Shown here one piece after another: positions 24,401 to 35,800 of a stretch of DNA of 64,000 bases (its first letter is position 1; every line of letters begins with the position of its first letter). The position numbers and the translations under genes are program-made. The stretch comes from Cyanophora paradoxa CCMP329 (lineage: Eukaryota > Plantae > Glaucophyta). The stretch lies in NCBI GenBank assembly GCA_004431415.1, contig QPMI01000239.1, positions 1 to 64,000 on the forward strand, given 5' to 3'. A model generated the notes under the pieces. That model was given only the letters and a program-made list of their open reading frames with translations, did not search any database and was not told where the DNA came from.

Positions 24401-26598
24401 TCCGCCGCCTCGAACGCCGCCTTCGCCAGCGCCTCGCTCCCCGCGAACTGCATCCGCGGGGTCGCCGCCGCGTGCAGCCCCGACTCCGACCGCATCAGCG
24501 TCCGCCCCTGGACGCGCCCGCGGTCCGGCCCGACCGTCGCCACGCACTGCAGCTCCTGCCGGTGGCCGGCCCCCGGGGCCTCCCCCTGGCCCGGGAAGTG
24601 GCAGGCGTAGGCGGCCGAGGCGCCCGTGTGCTCGGCGACGGCCTTGAGCACGGTCTCGTACAGCTGCTTCAGCTCCATGTTCTTCTCCGGCGACGTCAGC
24701 CTGCGCGGGGGAGGGGCCGGCGCTCAGCGGGGCCGGGCGGGGCGGGGCGTGCGGCGGGCGCACGTGTCGTGGGCGATGGGGAAGCCCGGGATGATGAGGT
24801 TCTCCTGGGGCCGCTTGCCCTCCACGGCGAGCTCCTCGATCTCCTCCGCGACGTTCTGCAGCCGCTGCAGGGTCCCCGCCATCGCCCAGCGCCGCTCCGC
24901 CTGCGATATCCTGTCCAGCGCCACCCCGACCGCCTTGCTCAGGGCCTCCGCGAGGCGCTGGTCGGGCTCGGAGAAGCCCTCGCCGGCGCCGGGGGAGCCG
25001 AGGTTGTCCATGGCGAGGAGCGCGATGCACTCGCCGCCCGAGTCGGTGACGGGGAAGGCGGCGAAGGCGCCCCGGCGGCGGGCGCCGAAGAAGTGGACGG
25101 CGGCGGCGTCGGGGTTCTCGAGGTTCGTGACGTCGGGGATGACGAGCGGCTGGCGCTCGTCGACCGCCTGCCAGGAGACGCCCTCGCCGCGGATGAGGAC
25201 GCGCCCCTCCATGTGCGGCCGCCGCTTCCCGTCGGGGGCGTTGACGTTGCTCCCCGCCGCCGCCGCGTAGCGGAGCTCGTCGCGGTTGGGCCCCGAGACG
25301 AGGGCGACGTAGGCGTGCTTGCCGGCGGTGCGCTGCTCGAGGACCTTGAGAACGACGGCGAAGACCTGCGCGAAGGCCTTCTGGCGGATCTGCGCGATCT
25401 CGAGGTCCGTGATGCCCCCCCGCAGGATCGTCATCTCCGCCTCCCGCGAGATCTTCTCCACCTCGGCGGAGGCCCGCGAGAGCGCCTCCATCAGCCGCTC
25501 CTCCGCCCGCTTCAGCTTCTCCGCCGCGTTCTGCAGCTCCTGCACCGCCTTCCGCTCCGAGTCCTCGATCGTCTGCGCCGCCGCCTGCACCTCGCTCTGC
25601 CCCCGCCCCGTCGGACGGCCGCGGCGCCGGCGAGGGCGGGGCGCGCCGGGGGGCGGGGCACCTCGGCGGACGGGGCGGCGAGGAAGGAGCGGGCGCGGGC
25701 GCCGAGGCGGCGCATGCTGTGCGAGACGGGGAACTTGGGGGAGGTCGCGTCCCCGGCGCCGGCCTCGGCCGGCGGCGGCGCGGAGGAGGCCGCCGGGAGC
25801 GGCGCCTCCGCCGGCTCCTTCGCGGGGCTCTTCTCCCCCAGGGACTTCTTCCGCGGCACGCCTTCCGGGTACTTCGCCTTGAACGCCTCCTCCTTCCGCG
25901 CCCGCCACTCGTCCGACCGCCCCTGCGCCCCGCGCCCTCAGCGCCCCGCGCGAGCAGCGCCGTGCGGCCCCCGCGCCCGCCCCGCGCACCTTGATCTCCT
26001 TGTTCTGCTTGTCCTCCTCGTCCCGCGGGATCTTGTACGTCGCATGCTCTCGCCAGCGCGGGTTGTGCCGCATCAGGTACGACGCGAGCCAGTCTATCGG
26101 GTTTAACTTCCGCTTGTCCAGCGGCCCGCGCTTCCCGTTCAGCCTGCGCGCGCGGCGCGGCGCGTCAGGGCTGGCCCACGCCTGCGAGCCAAGGCCGCGC
26201 ACTCAGGCTCCACAGTCTTGAGGAGGGCGCTCACGCCCGCTGTGAGCACTGGAAGGACGTTCTGATCCAGGTAGTCCGCCCACTCCGGGACCGCCGCCTC
26301 TAGCTCCAGACCGAGGAGGTCCAGCTCGACGACGCCAGCGCGGCTGCTGCTCGCCGCTGGTTGCAGGGTTTGCTTCTGCTTCTGCTGCTGTGCTTGCTGT
26401 TCTGTGCTGCCATTGCTGGTGCTGCGCTCCGCAGGCGGAGGTCTCGGCCGCAGAACGAGTTCTCGCGACGGCGGCTTCGAGCGCTCTCGGCTCGGCACCC
26501 TCTCTCGGCTCGGTAGCCGCTCCTCCACCGTCACTGCGCATGCCGGTTCTTACGCGGGGACGCGTACCGGCACTTGGGGAAGTCTTACCCGTGGACAT
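21451..26598 (-). CDS. EFCAB5-like protein: Dpy-30/RIIa-like docking domain plus about 5 GAF-like repeats; probably flagellar
   Basis: MST|VTVEERLP start across a GTAAG intron. Docking-like segment YLDQNVLPVLTAGVSALL...NPIDWLASYLMRHNP. Repeated GAF-type segments (GEGVSWQAVDERQPLVIPDV...AAFPVTDSGGECIALLAMD; VAVPMVNVRGEVVGVI; ALPLKDEVGNVFAML). C-terminal AELRSYENPPKAVRRVVKAALYMLG. Confidence 0.7.
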
Positions 26599-26985
26599 CT
26601 CCGCCAGGCGCGTGTGCGCCTGAGCGGCGCTGTGTTGTGCTCGACCACTGCAGCTAGGTGCTCTCTCGTGCTGTGCGATGCCGGCAGCGATCGAACGCGT
26701 TCTGAACAGGTGGTGCAGCCGTCCTTAAGTAGCCGAGGCTCTGTACCCGTCCAAGAAGACAAATTTCTGACAAAAGCGCGGCCGGCAACCCCGCCAGTGT
26801 GTGTAGCTAGCTATCTAGGCACACTACTTGCTAGAACAGCACATATCGACCACCCCGCCTCGGAGCTGCAACACAATTAGCCAGGCGATGTGTTCCCCCG
26901 GCGCCGGCCTCCCAGGCAGCTAGCAGACAGCCGCCTCTGCTAGCAAGCTTCAACAGAGCCGTTTCCCTCTGCCCAGCTCGTGCCG

Positions 26986-29096
26986 ATGGGACTCTCGCCC
27001 AAATCGGACCCTGCGCTCAGCGAGACGGTCCGCATCGATGCCCAGAACGCTGCCGAGCTTTATGGTGTTACCCCGCCGAAGACGGCCGAGGCTCTGGTGC
27101 CCCGCCTGCCCACCCCGCCCGGGCTGCTCTTTCCCGGGCTGCTCTTTTGATGCCGGTGACGCGTAGGAGCGGCTGAAGCGCTCTGGAGTGCGGCCCTTTG
27201 TTGCACGGGTAACAGATTCCGATGTTAAGGGCGGTCGCATCGAATGGGAGGTCAAGAAGCGGCCGGGGTCCGGCAGCGCGACGGCGCGCCCGGCGCTGGA
27301 GCCGCGACCGCCCTCGGCGCCGCGGCCGGCGACGGCGAGCTCGGGGCGTCCGGGGGGGCGGCCCTCGTCGTCGAAGAAGCGGGCGACGGCGACGCCGCAC
27401 GTGTACCTGCGGGTGCCCTGCAACTGCGTCTCATGCATGGTCAAGGAGTTCCGCCTCGTGAGCGCCGTCGGGCCGACCATCTTCCTCCGCAAGCGGCCCC
27501 AGGAGCTCCTCCGGGACGAGCAGCTGGAGCGCCGCCGCATCGTGCAGCTCATCCAGATGGCGCGGCGGCAGGAGCGCGAGGAGTCCGCGGCGCGCATCCA
27601 GGGCGCCTGGCGCGCCTTCCTCGCCCGCGGCCTCCTTGCCGTCACGCGCGAGCGCCACTGGGTCCGCCCCGCCCCGCCCCGCCTTGCCCCGCCCCGTCCC
27701 GCCCGCCGCCTCGCTCACGCGCGTGGCAGGCCGCCGTCACGATCCAGCGGCACTTCAGGGGGTACCTGGACCGGCAGTTCGCCGCCTGGTACCGCAAGGT
27801 CCTCCCAGCAGGCCCCCCGCTCCGCCTCTGGGGACCTGAGGGCGGCGGCAGGTGATGACGGCAGCGGCGCGGCGGCTGCAGAAGGCGTGGCGCGCCTACC
27901 GCTTCTCCACCGTCCTCATCAAGCAGCGCCGCGCCAAGAAGATCCAGGCCGGTGCGTCCCGCCGCCTCGCCGCCCCCTAGCCACCGCTGCGGCGCCCGCC
28001 GGCCTCACGCGCCCCGTGCTCGCAGTCTTCCGCGCTTTCCGGACGCGCCGCGCGGTGCGAAGCAAGTTCCGGCGGGAGACCCTCGCCGCTATCATCGTGC
28101 GGCCCGCGGCCGGCGCGCCGGCATCCCGCCCCGGCCGGCCTCACGGGCCGGCGCTCAGATCCAGGCGAACTGGCGGAAGTTCGCGGCGCGGAGGCGCTTC
28201 CTCGAGTACTGGACGAGCGGGACGGCGGCGAGCAGGGTCGTCCAGTCCTACTTCCGCATGTTCCGCCTCCGCCGCCCTTTCCTCTGGTACTTCCACGACC
28301 GCATCTCGGCCGCCGTCTCCCTCCAGGCCCTCGCCCGCCGCTGGCTCCTCTTCCGCGCCCTCGCCCGCGAGCGCCAGGCCCGCCTCAACGCCGTCCTCGT
28401 CCTCCAGCGCTTCTACCGCCGCCACAAGTACCGCATCCGCCGCAGCCAGCGCCGCAAGCGCCAGCACCGCAGCGCCGCCCTCATCCAGCGCACCTGGAAG
28501 TTCTTCCACGTGCGCCGCAAGTACTGGGAGATCTGGAGACACGCCATGACCTGCGCCATCAAGATCGAGGCCCGCCCCCGCCCCCGCCGGCGCCTGCGGG
28601 GCGCGCCGCCCCCCTCTGACGCGGAGGCAGGCGGCGTGGAAGGCGGCGCGGGTGCGGGCGGCCTACAGGGTGCGGCGGGAGTCGCACCGGCGGGAGCAGG
28701 CGCGGCTCCAGCGCGAGCACCGGGCGGCGACGGCGGTGCAGTCGTTCGCGCGGGGCCGGCAGCTGCGGCGCTGGTTCGAGCGGGTGCTGCTGGCTGTGCC
28801 CCGGATGCAGCGCGCGCTGCGGCTCTTCGCGGCGCGGCGGCGGGTGCAGCGGCGGCGGGACGAGCAGCGGGGCCACATCCGCGAGATCGTGGGGAACCAG
28901 ATGCGCGAGCTCCTCCGCGTCGTCTACCTCCCCGACCGTGCGCGCGCCCCCGCCGCCTCCCCGCGCCGGCGCCGCTGAGGGCCGGGGGCAGTGTGGGTGC
29001 CGGCGCCGCTGATGGAGGTGGACTGCCGGCGCGCCCTCGAGGCCCTCGCCGCCCTCAAGCGCCCCATCCGCTTCCTCTACCTCCGCTACAGGTCCG

Positions 29097-29129
<33 letters not shown>

Positions 29130-30473
29130 GCTCCCGCCCCAACGCCTCCCGGCGGCCGCCGCTGGGGCTGAGGGGCGGGGGCAGCACGGCGGGGGTGCCC
29201 TCCCCCGACAAGGCCTTCAAGCTGACGAAGCCGATGTACGTCAAGTTCCTCAAGGACCTCCGCCTCCCCGACGCCGTCGTCAACGGTCCGCCCCGCCCCC
29301 GCCCCCGCCGGCGCCCCTCCCGCCGCCCTCACGCCGGCGCCCCGGCCTGCCTGCAGCGATGCCCGACTTCAACACGTATCTGAGGGACCCGCCCCCCTCG
29401 CACACCATCACCCGCTACGTGCGCGGGGCCTCGGGCCGGCGCCTGCTGCCGGCTGAGCGGGGGGCGGCAGCTGAAGGGGATCGCGGTGGAGAAGCGGCCG
29501 AAGTCGGCGGTGACGGCGGAGAGCGACGGGTCGATCGGGCTGGACGAGTTCGTGGAGGCGGTGGTGCGGCTCGCCCTTGTGCGCTCCCCCGACGAGCCCG
29601 GGGCGGTCAGGGCCCTCCTCGGCCCCGCCGGCAAGGTCGTCGCCGCCCTCTCCGCTGCCCGCCGCCGCGCCTTCGTCCTCTCCCGCGTCGGCTCCACGGC
29701 CGCCAAGATCGAGCGCCTCGGGCGGGAGGCGCTGGTGCCCCTCTACGAGGACGCGCTGCGGGGCGTCCCCGTGGAGGTCAACATCGCCGACCCCGAGCTC
29801 AAGGTCGTCGTCGAGAAGTACTCCCCCAAGCTCCGCTCCCTCTTCCGCACCTACTCCTCCCGCATCGGCGGCGGCGAGCCCGGCAGCAACAAGACCATCT
29901 CCGCCCGCGAGTTCCTCCTCATGCTCAAGGTCCGCCCCGCGCTGCCCCCGCCCCCGCCCCGGCCCCGGCCCCGGCCGCAGTCCGAGCGGCAGCACCGCTC
30001 GCGCGGGGCAGGAGCTGCGGATGATCGACGCGGGGCTCTCCTACTCGCGGGCGCTTGAGTCGTTCATCTACTCCAATGCCGCCGAGCTCGAGGCCTACCT
30101 CTCCACGTCCGCCCCCGCCCCCGCCTCGCCCCCGGCGCCCCCGCACGCGCCCTGAGGCGCCGCAGCGACGCCATCGGCGCGGCGCTCCTCGACAAGATGG
30201 AGATGGTGTTCATCGAGTTCTGTGCCGTGCGACCAGCCGTTTCCGCGAGGGCTCCCCGAGGCCTGACGCGGCGCCGGCTCGGCGCAGGGCCTGGCGCGCT
30301 GCGCGGCGGGGCCCATCTCGACGGGCGGCCGCCGGGGCTCGGTGGCCCTCAGCGCGCCGCCCGTCGACCCCAGCGGGCGCCGCAACTCCGGGGCGGCCGC
30401 CGCCCCGCCGCCCACCGACGTCCTCGTCAAGCAGCTCGACCGCTTCTTCTCCAGGCTCACCTCCTCCGTCTAG
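26986..30473 (+). CDS. Multi-IQ-motif (calmodulin-binding) protein with C-terminal EF-hand-like segments
   Basis: Many IQ-type motifs (IQGAWRAF, IQRHFRGY, LQKAWRAY, IQANWRKF, VQSYFRMF, LQRFYRRH, IQRTWKFF, VQSFARGR). EF-like segments IGLDEFVEAVVRLA, ISAREFLLMLK, MVFIEFC. Start inferred at MGLSPKSDP. Confidence 0.75.
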
Positions 30474-30610
30474 CCCCCTCGCCGCCCCTCCCCTTAGTGC
30501 GTTTACGTATTAGTAGTGCATATTAAGTTGCTCGCGCTCATATTGCACGTGCGGATTCGATTTTGCAAGCCCGACAGATCCCCGGCGCTGCAGCGCCCGT
30601 CTTAGGCTGC

Positions 30611-30775
30611 GCACGAAGTGCAACAGCTGCGATGCGCACGAAGTGCAACAGCTGCGATGCGCACGAAGTGCAACAGCTGCGATGCGCACGAAGTGCAACA
30701 GCTGCGATGCGCACGCCGTGTGACGAAGTGCAACAGCTTCGATCGCGATGCGCACGAAGTGCAACTGTGCAACAG
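30611..30775. repeat. 25-bp minisatellite GCACGAAGTGCAACAGCTGCGATGC, 4 perfect plus about 2 degenerate copies
   Basis: Identical units start at 30611, 30636, 30661 and 30686, with no spacers. Confidence 0.95.
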
Positions 30776-31015
30776 ACGGGCGGGGTACGACGTATCGACG
30801 GTTGCGCCGTCCGTGCGTTTATCCGGAGTCCGGACATCGCGTCGTCTTGTAGTTAGGCGTCCCATCGCACCGGAAACGGTTTTGTCATTGAGCGCTGTAC
30901 CTGGGAGCCCCACAGCTTTGACCTTTCGTCCTGCTCGCTGTGACACGTTCCGGTCTCGTCACCTGCTCAAAATATCCTGGGAATCAGCTAAGCCCCTGAC
31001 TTTCGTACTTGCGTC

Positions 31016-32624
31016 ATGAGCGCGACGTCCGCGGCGGGCCCGCCGCAACCTCCTCTGCGGGACCGGACGAGTTCGGCGCCGGCGGGGCCCAAGTCCGCGG
31101 CGTCAGCATCGGAAGATGGCTACGGCTCATCATCTGAAGACACCGAGCAGCGGGAAGCCGAGGTGCTCGCGCTTCGCGCCTCGAGGTCGCACCTAGGGCC
31201 TCAACCCTTATCTCAGCTGGCGGGCGCTCTGGCCCGAGGAGTGGCCCGCGGCGTCGTTCGCGGCGCAGTCCGCATTCTGCCCAAGGCTGGTAAAACTGAA
31301 GTTATTAAAACTTGGTCTCGCGCATCTACAATTTTACCCAGCGATGGGAGCCGCGGAGGAAGTGTGCGCCTTCCCATTCGAGGTGCGCTCCGAGTGCAAT
31401 CCTCAGACGCGCGCTGCGGGCCGCGCTTCTGCGGTGAGCGACGGGCGCTGAGCGTTCGACGGCCGACGCCGCGGCCGGGGCTCGCAGGTGGCGCGGACAA
31501 AGCTGCAGACGGACAGCCGCGTGGGCAACAGCTTCGAGGCGATCCGGGACGTCGTGCGGCACGAGGGGTGGCGCTGCCTCTTCCGAGGCGTCACCGTGCC
31601 GATCTTCACCGGCATCCTCCAGTCCACCGTCCTCTTCGGCGCGTACGGCACCGCCCACGAGGCCCTCGGCGGCGACCGCGAGAGCGCGCTCGTGAACGCG
31701 GCGGCCGGCGGGGCGGCCGGGGCGGCGTCTGCGTTCATCACGTCGCCGTCGGAGCTGCTGGTGCGGCGGATGCACCACGAGGGCCACGAGTCCGTGTGGG
31801 AGTGCCTGAGGCGCACGCTGCGCACCAAGGGCTTCCGCGACCTCTACCGCGGCTTCGCCCTCACCGCCGCCCGCGACGTCGGCGGGTGCGCCCGCCCCGC
31901 CCTCCCCCCGCGCCCCGCCCTCCGGCGCAGACGCGTACCCCTCAGGTACGCGAGCTTCTTCTGCGTGTACGAGGAGCTCAAGAGGAGAACGCACGCTGGC
32001 GGCGAGGGTACCCCCGTCAACATCGCGGGGGTAGTCCTCTCCGCCGGCACCGCCTCCGCCGCCTACTCCATCTCCACCGTGCGGTACCCCTCCCCCGGCG
32101 CGCCACCCGCCCCACTGATGCTTGCCCTCCCCGCGCACGTCTTGCCTTCCTCAACATTACAGTACCCCATTGACGGTGCGCGTCCTGGCTGCCAGCCGGG
32201 ACCTCTCTGAACAGCGCATGTCTCTCTCTTCCCGCGCTAACCGCGCCCCCGCGCCGCAGTGGTCAAGACGAACGTTCAGCTGAAGCCGGATCTTTACCGC
32301 GGCGCCTCCGACTGCATCCGTCGCCTCCACAACCTCTACGGTGCGTCTGTGCCCCCGCGGGCGCCCTGTACCCCCGGCCGGGTCGAGCCGGGGCTGCGCC
32401 GCAGGCTGGCGGGTCTTCTTCCGCGGGCTGCCCTCCACCGCCATGCACGCCTTCCCCGCCAACGCCCTCGGGTCCGCGACCGCTCCACGCCGCCCCTTCC
32501 CCGACCAGCTCCCTTCTGATCGTAGCGCGGGTACCCCTGCTCCAGGTTCCTCTGCTACGAACTCGTAGCGCAGATGCTCGGCGAGACGGGCGCCAAGACG
32601 AACCCGCACGCCCACCACTGGTAG
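31016..32624 (+). CDS. Mitochondrial carrier family (SLC25) protein, substrate not determined
   Basis: Three Px[DE]xx[KR]-type motifs after splicing: FPFEVARTKLQ, SPSELLVRRM (degenerate) and YPIDVVKTNVQ. Also EGWRCLFRG, GFRDLYRG, RDVG..FFCVYEELKR and FFRGLPSTAMHAFPANA. Confidence 0.92.
31290..31341 (+). other. 52-nt GT-AG intron derived from plastid rps19 coding sequence (NUPT)
   Basis: AT-rich island that translates from 31289 as GKTEVIKTWSRASTILP. Removing it is needed to reach the carrier motif KAAMGAAEEVCAFPFEVARTKLQ in frame. Confidence 0.85.
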
Positions 32625-32831
32625 ACCCCGCGTCCGCCCCGGCCCCGCAGCTGCCACGCTGCCGGTATCTCCATGCGTAGCGATAGGATTCAGTATGGAT
32701 TCCGAATCCCTTCTTTCAAGCAGATTAAGCTTGCTTTAATTTCACGTTATGGCGCAGTGTATAGTGAGTTCTTGTCTACACACTAACAGACCTACGCACT
32801 ATCCCTAGCTGGGTAGGGGGCGGCGCGACGG

Positions 32832-35800
32832 CTACGCGCCCCCGCTGGCGGCGGGGAGGCCGGCGACGCGCCAGACGAGGACGCTCAGGTCGGCGCCGCC
32901 CGTCGAGATCAGGTGCCTGCCGGTGCCGCCGCTCGGCTGGGGCGCTCCGCGGGCGGGGGCGGGGGCGGGGGCGGGGTGCGTCGCCGGCACACCGGTTGTC
33001 GCAGGTGAAGCGGACGTTCGTGACGTGGGAGGCGTGCCCGACGTACTGCAGCGCCGCCGCCTGCGCGGCCCGCCCCGCGTCACCGGCCCCGAGCGCATCG
33101 CAGCGTCCGCGCGGGCAAGGGGCGGGGGGGAGGGGGCGCGGGGCGGGGCGGACCCCCTCCTCGGTGCAGGGCCAGGCGAGCAGGTTGACCTTGCCGAGGT
33201 CGTCCCCCGAGGCGACGACGGTGCGCGCGGCGGGGCCGCTCGGGACGGTGCAGGCGTTGACGTCGTCGGTGGTGGCGCCGGGCGGGAGGAGGCCGGCGAC
33301 CGACCAGCCGACCGTGCACGTCTGCGTCGCCCACCTCGCCCCCTTCATCGACTTCGGGTTCGTGATCTGCAGGCCCGTGAGCGCGTCCCCTGCGGCCCGC
33401 GCGGTCAGCCGGCGAGCGCGAGGCGGGGCGGGGCGGGGCGGGGCGGGGCGGGGCGGGGCGGGGCGGACAGAAGAGGAGCTCGGGGGAGGCGTCCTGGCTC
33501 TGGAGGTACTGCGAGTCGGCGTCCCAGTCGATGTGCGTGACGGCGGCGGCGTGGCCCTTGCAGATGGCGATCCGCTTGAAGCCCTGCCGCGCGTGGTACA
33601 CGTCGATCGCCCGGTCCCGGCTCGCCGCCGCGAGGAAGTTGCCGCTCGGGCTGAACTTCACGTCCGTGATCTCCCCCTGCGCCGCCCCGCCCCGCGTGAG
33701 GCCCCGCCGGCCTCGGGTCGGGGGCGGGCGGGGGCGGACGGTGCGGTTGGCCTTGTTGAAGACCTCGCGCCAGCCGCCGTCGAGGTCGAGCACCATCACC
33801 GTCCCGTGCAGCGTCCCCGCCGCCACCTGCCGCCCCGCGCCCCGCGTCAGGCCGCATGGGGCCGGCCGGGGCGAGGCGGGGGGCACCTGGAGGCCGTCGG
33901 GGCTGATGGCGACGCTACGGACGGCGTCGGGGAGCATGCGCCAGGAGACGAGGCGGCGCTCCCGGAGGTCCCACATCCGCAGCGTCTTGTCGTCCCCGCC
34001 CGTCACGAACCGCGAGGCGTCCGTCGGATGCGTCGCCAGGCCCCACTGCCCCGCCCCGCGCCCCTCAGTGCAGGCCGCCGCCGCCGCGGCCGCCGCGAGC
34101 GCCGGCCGCACCACCTCGCCGTCGTAGTCGGAGCCGCCGGCGCGCTTCGTGGCGTCCCCACTGGGGGCGTGCCCCTGCACGAGCACGCGCACCTTGCCGC
34201 CGCTCTCCGCGATCTCGTAGATCTCGCCGGCCTTGGTGCCCACGAGGAAGGTGCGCCCGCCCTCGCCCCCGCCCTCGCCCCGCACCCCGATGGCCCGCAC
34301 GCAGGGCGCCGCCCCGCTCATGTAGGCGCGCGGGCGCCCGAACTCGTCGACGATGCTCGCCGTGATGGCGCAGAGGTCGATGCGCCGCACGACGCCCTTG
34401 TCCTGGAAGACGCAGAGCTTGCCGTCCTTGCCGCCGCTCACCATGCTCCCCGGCGCATGCCCGCTCGCCACCGCGAAGCACGGGCCCTGCGCCGGCGCCG
34501 GTCGCGCGGGGGCGGCGGGGCGCGGCGAGCAGCGGGGGCGGCGGGGCGCACGTTGTGGGCGGAGATGGTGGCGGCGAGCTCCGTGCCGACCCACACGAGG
34601 ATGCTCCCCGTCGCCGTCCCCGTCCACATCTCGGCCCCACAGAAGGCGGCGGACGTGTAGGTGTTGTTCCCCGTGCCGGGGGCGGCCATGCGGCGGGAGG
34701 AGAGCTGCCCGCCGGCGAGCGCAAAGGCCTTGAGGAGCTTGTGGCCCCCGAGGTAGACGGTGTCGGCGCCGGGGGCGTAGGCGGCGAAGAGGACGGCGCC
34801 GGGGTCGCCCCTGCACGAGGCGAGGGGCCTGGCGGGGCCGGCGGGCGGGGCGGGGCGGAGCTCCCAGAGGGCGAGGGTGTGGGCGTCGTCGCCGCCGACG
34901 GAGGCGAGGCGGCGGCCGTCGCCCGAGAAGGCGAGGGCCACCACGTCGTGCCCGTGGAAGCCCGAGAGGTCCGCCTGCACGGCGAGCGTCCTCGCGTTCC
35001 AGACGAGGAGCGTGCCCCGCTTGCCCAGCTGGCCCGTCGCCACCGTCTCCCCGTCCGGCGCGACCGCCATGCTCACGACGTCCTGCCGGGCGGTCAGGAG
35101 GCTGCAGGACGAGGCAGGGGGCCGCCGCGCACGTCGGAGTGGCCCTGGAAGAAGCGCTGGGCCTTGGTCTTGCCGGAGAGGGCGACGGCGAGGGCCGCCG
35201 TGTGGTAGAGCACCTCCTCCCCGCCCAGCGGGAAGACGTTGGCGCGGCAGTCGTAGCCCCGGTACCCGAAGGCGGCCTCGAGGGCGAGGGACTCCTTGGC
35301 CGGCCTGGCCTTGGGGTCCTTGCGGGGCACCCAGTTGTCCGGCACCGTCGCCAGCGCCGTCCCCATCCACGCCCGGCTCGCCCCGGCCTCCTCCCCCCGC
35401 CCCTCGTCCACCTCGAACTCCCCCGGCCCCGCCGCCGCGGCCGCGGGGGCGGCGCGCTTCGCCCGCGCCGCCGCCTTCGCGGCCCCTTTGCTCTTCTTCA
35501 GGCGCCCCGCCACGTCCTTCGCCGCGTCACTGTCGTACTCTGTCGCCGCCCCCGCCGTGAGCGCAGCCGAGGGGCGATGGGGCTGCGCGGGGGAGGGGAC
35601 CGGGGGGCAGGGCGGCGGGGTCGTCCGCGGGGTCGCCGTCGGTGAAGGCGTGGCGCCACTGGATGACGGCGAGGTCGGCGCCGCCCGTCGAGACCAGGTG
35701 CCGGTCGTCGAACGACCACCGCACGTTCGTGACGTGCTCCGAGTGGCCCGAGTAGGCCTTCGACGCTGCCCGCGGGTACGGGCACGGGTACGGGAAGAGG

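Noticed and set aside
21728-25030. 1100-aa ORF and the many other long Arg/Gly/Pro/Ala-rich ORFs in the track
   Set aside because: Off-frame or antisense shadows of real spliced genes. Stop codons are rare at this GC content.
30611-30775. 25-bp repeats as a CRISPR array
   Set aside because: Units are directly adjacent with no unique spacers, the context is eukaryotic, and no cas genes are present.
31016-32173. A nuclear rps19 gene or an S19-carrier fusion protein
   Set aside because: Only 17 codons of S19 are present, and retaining them shifts the frame away from the carrier motifs.
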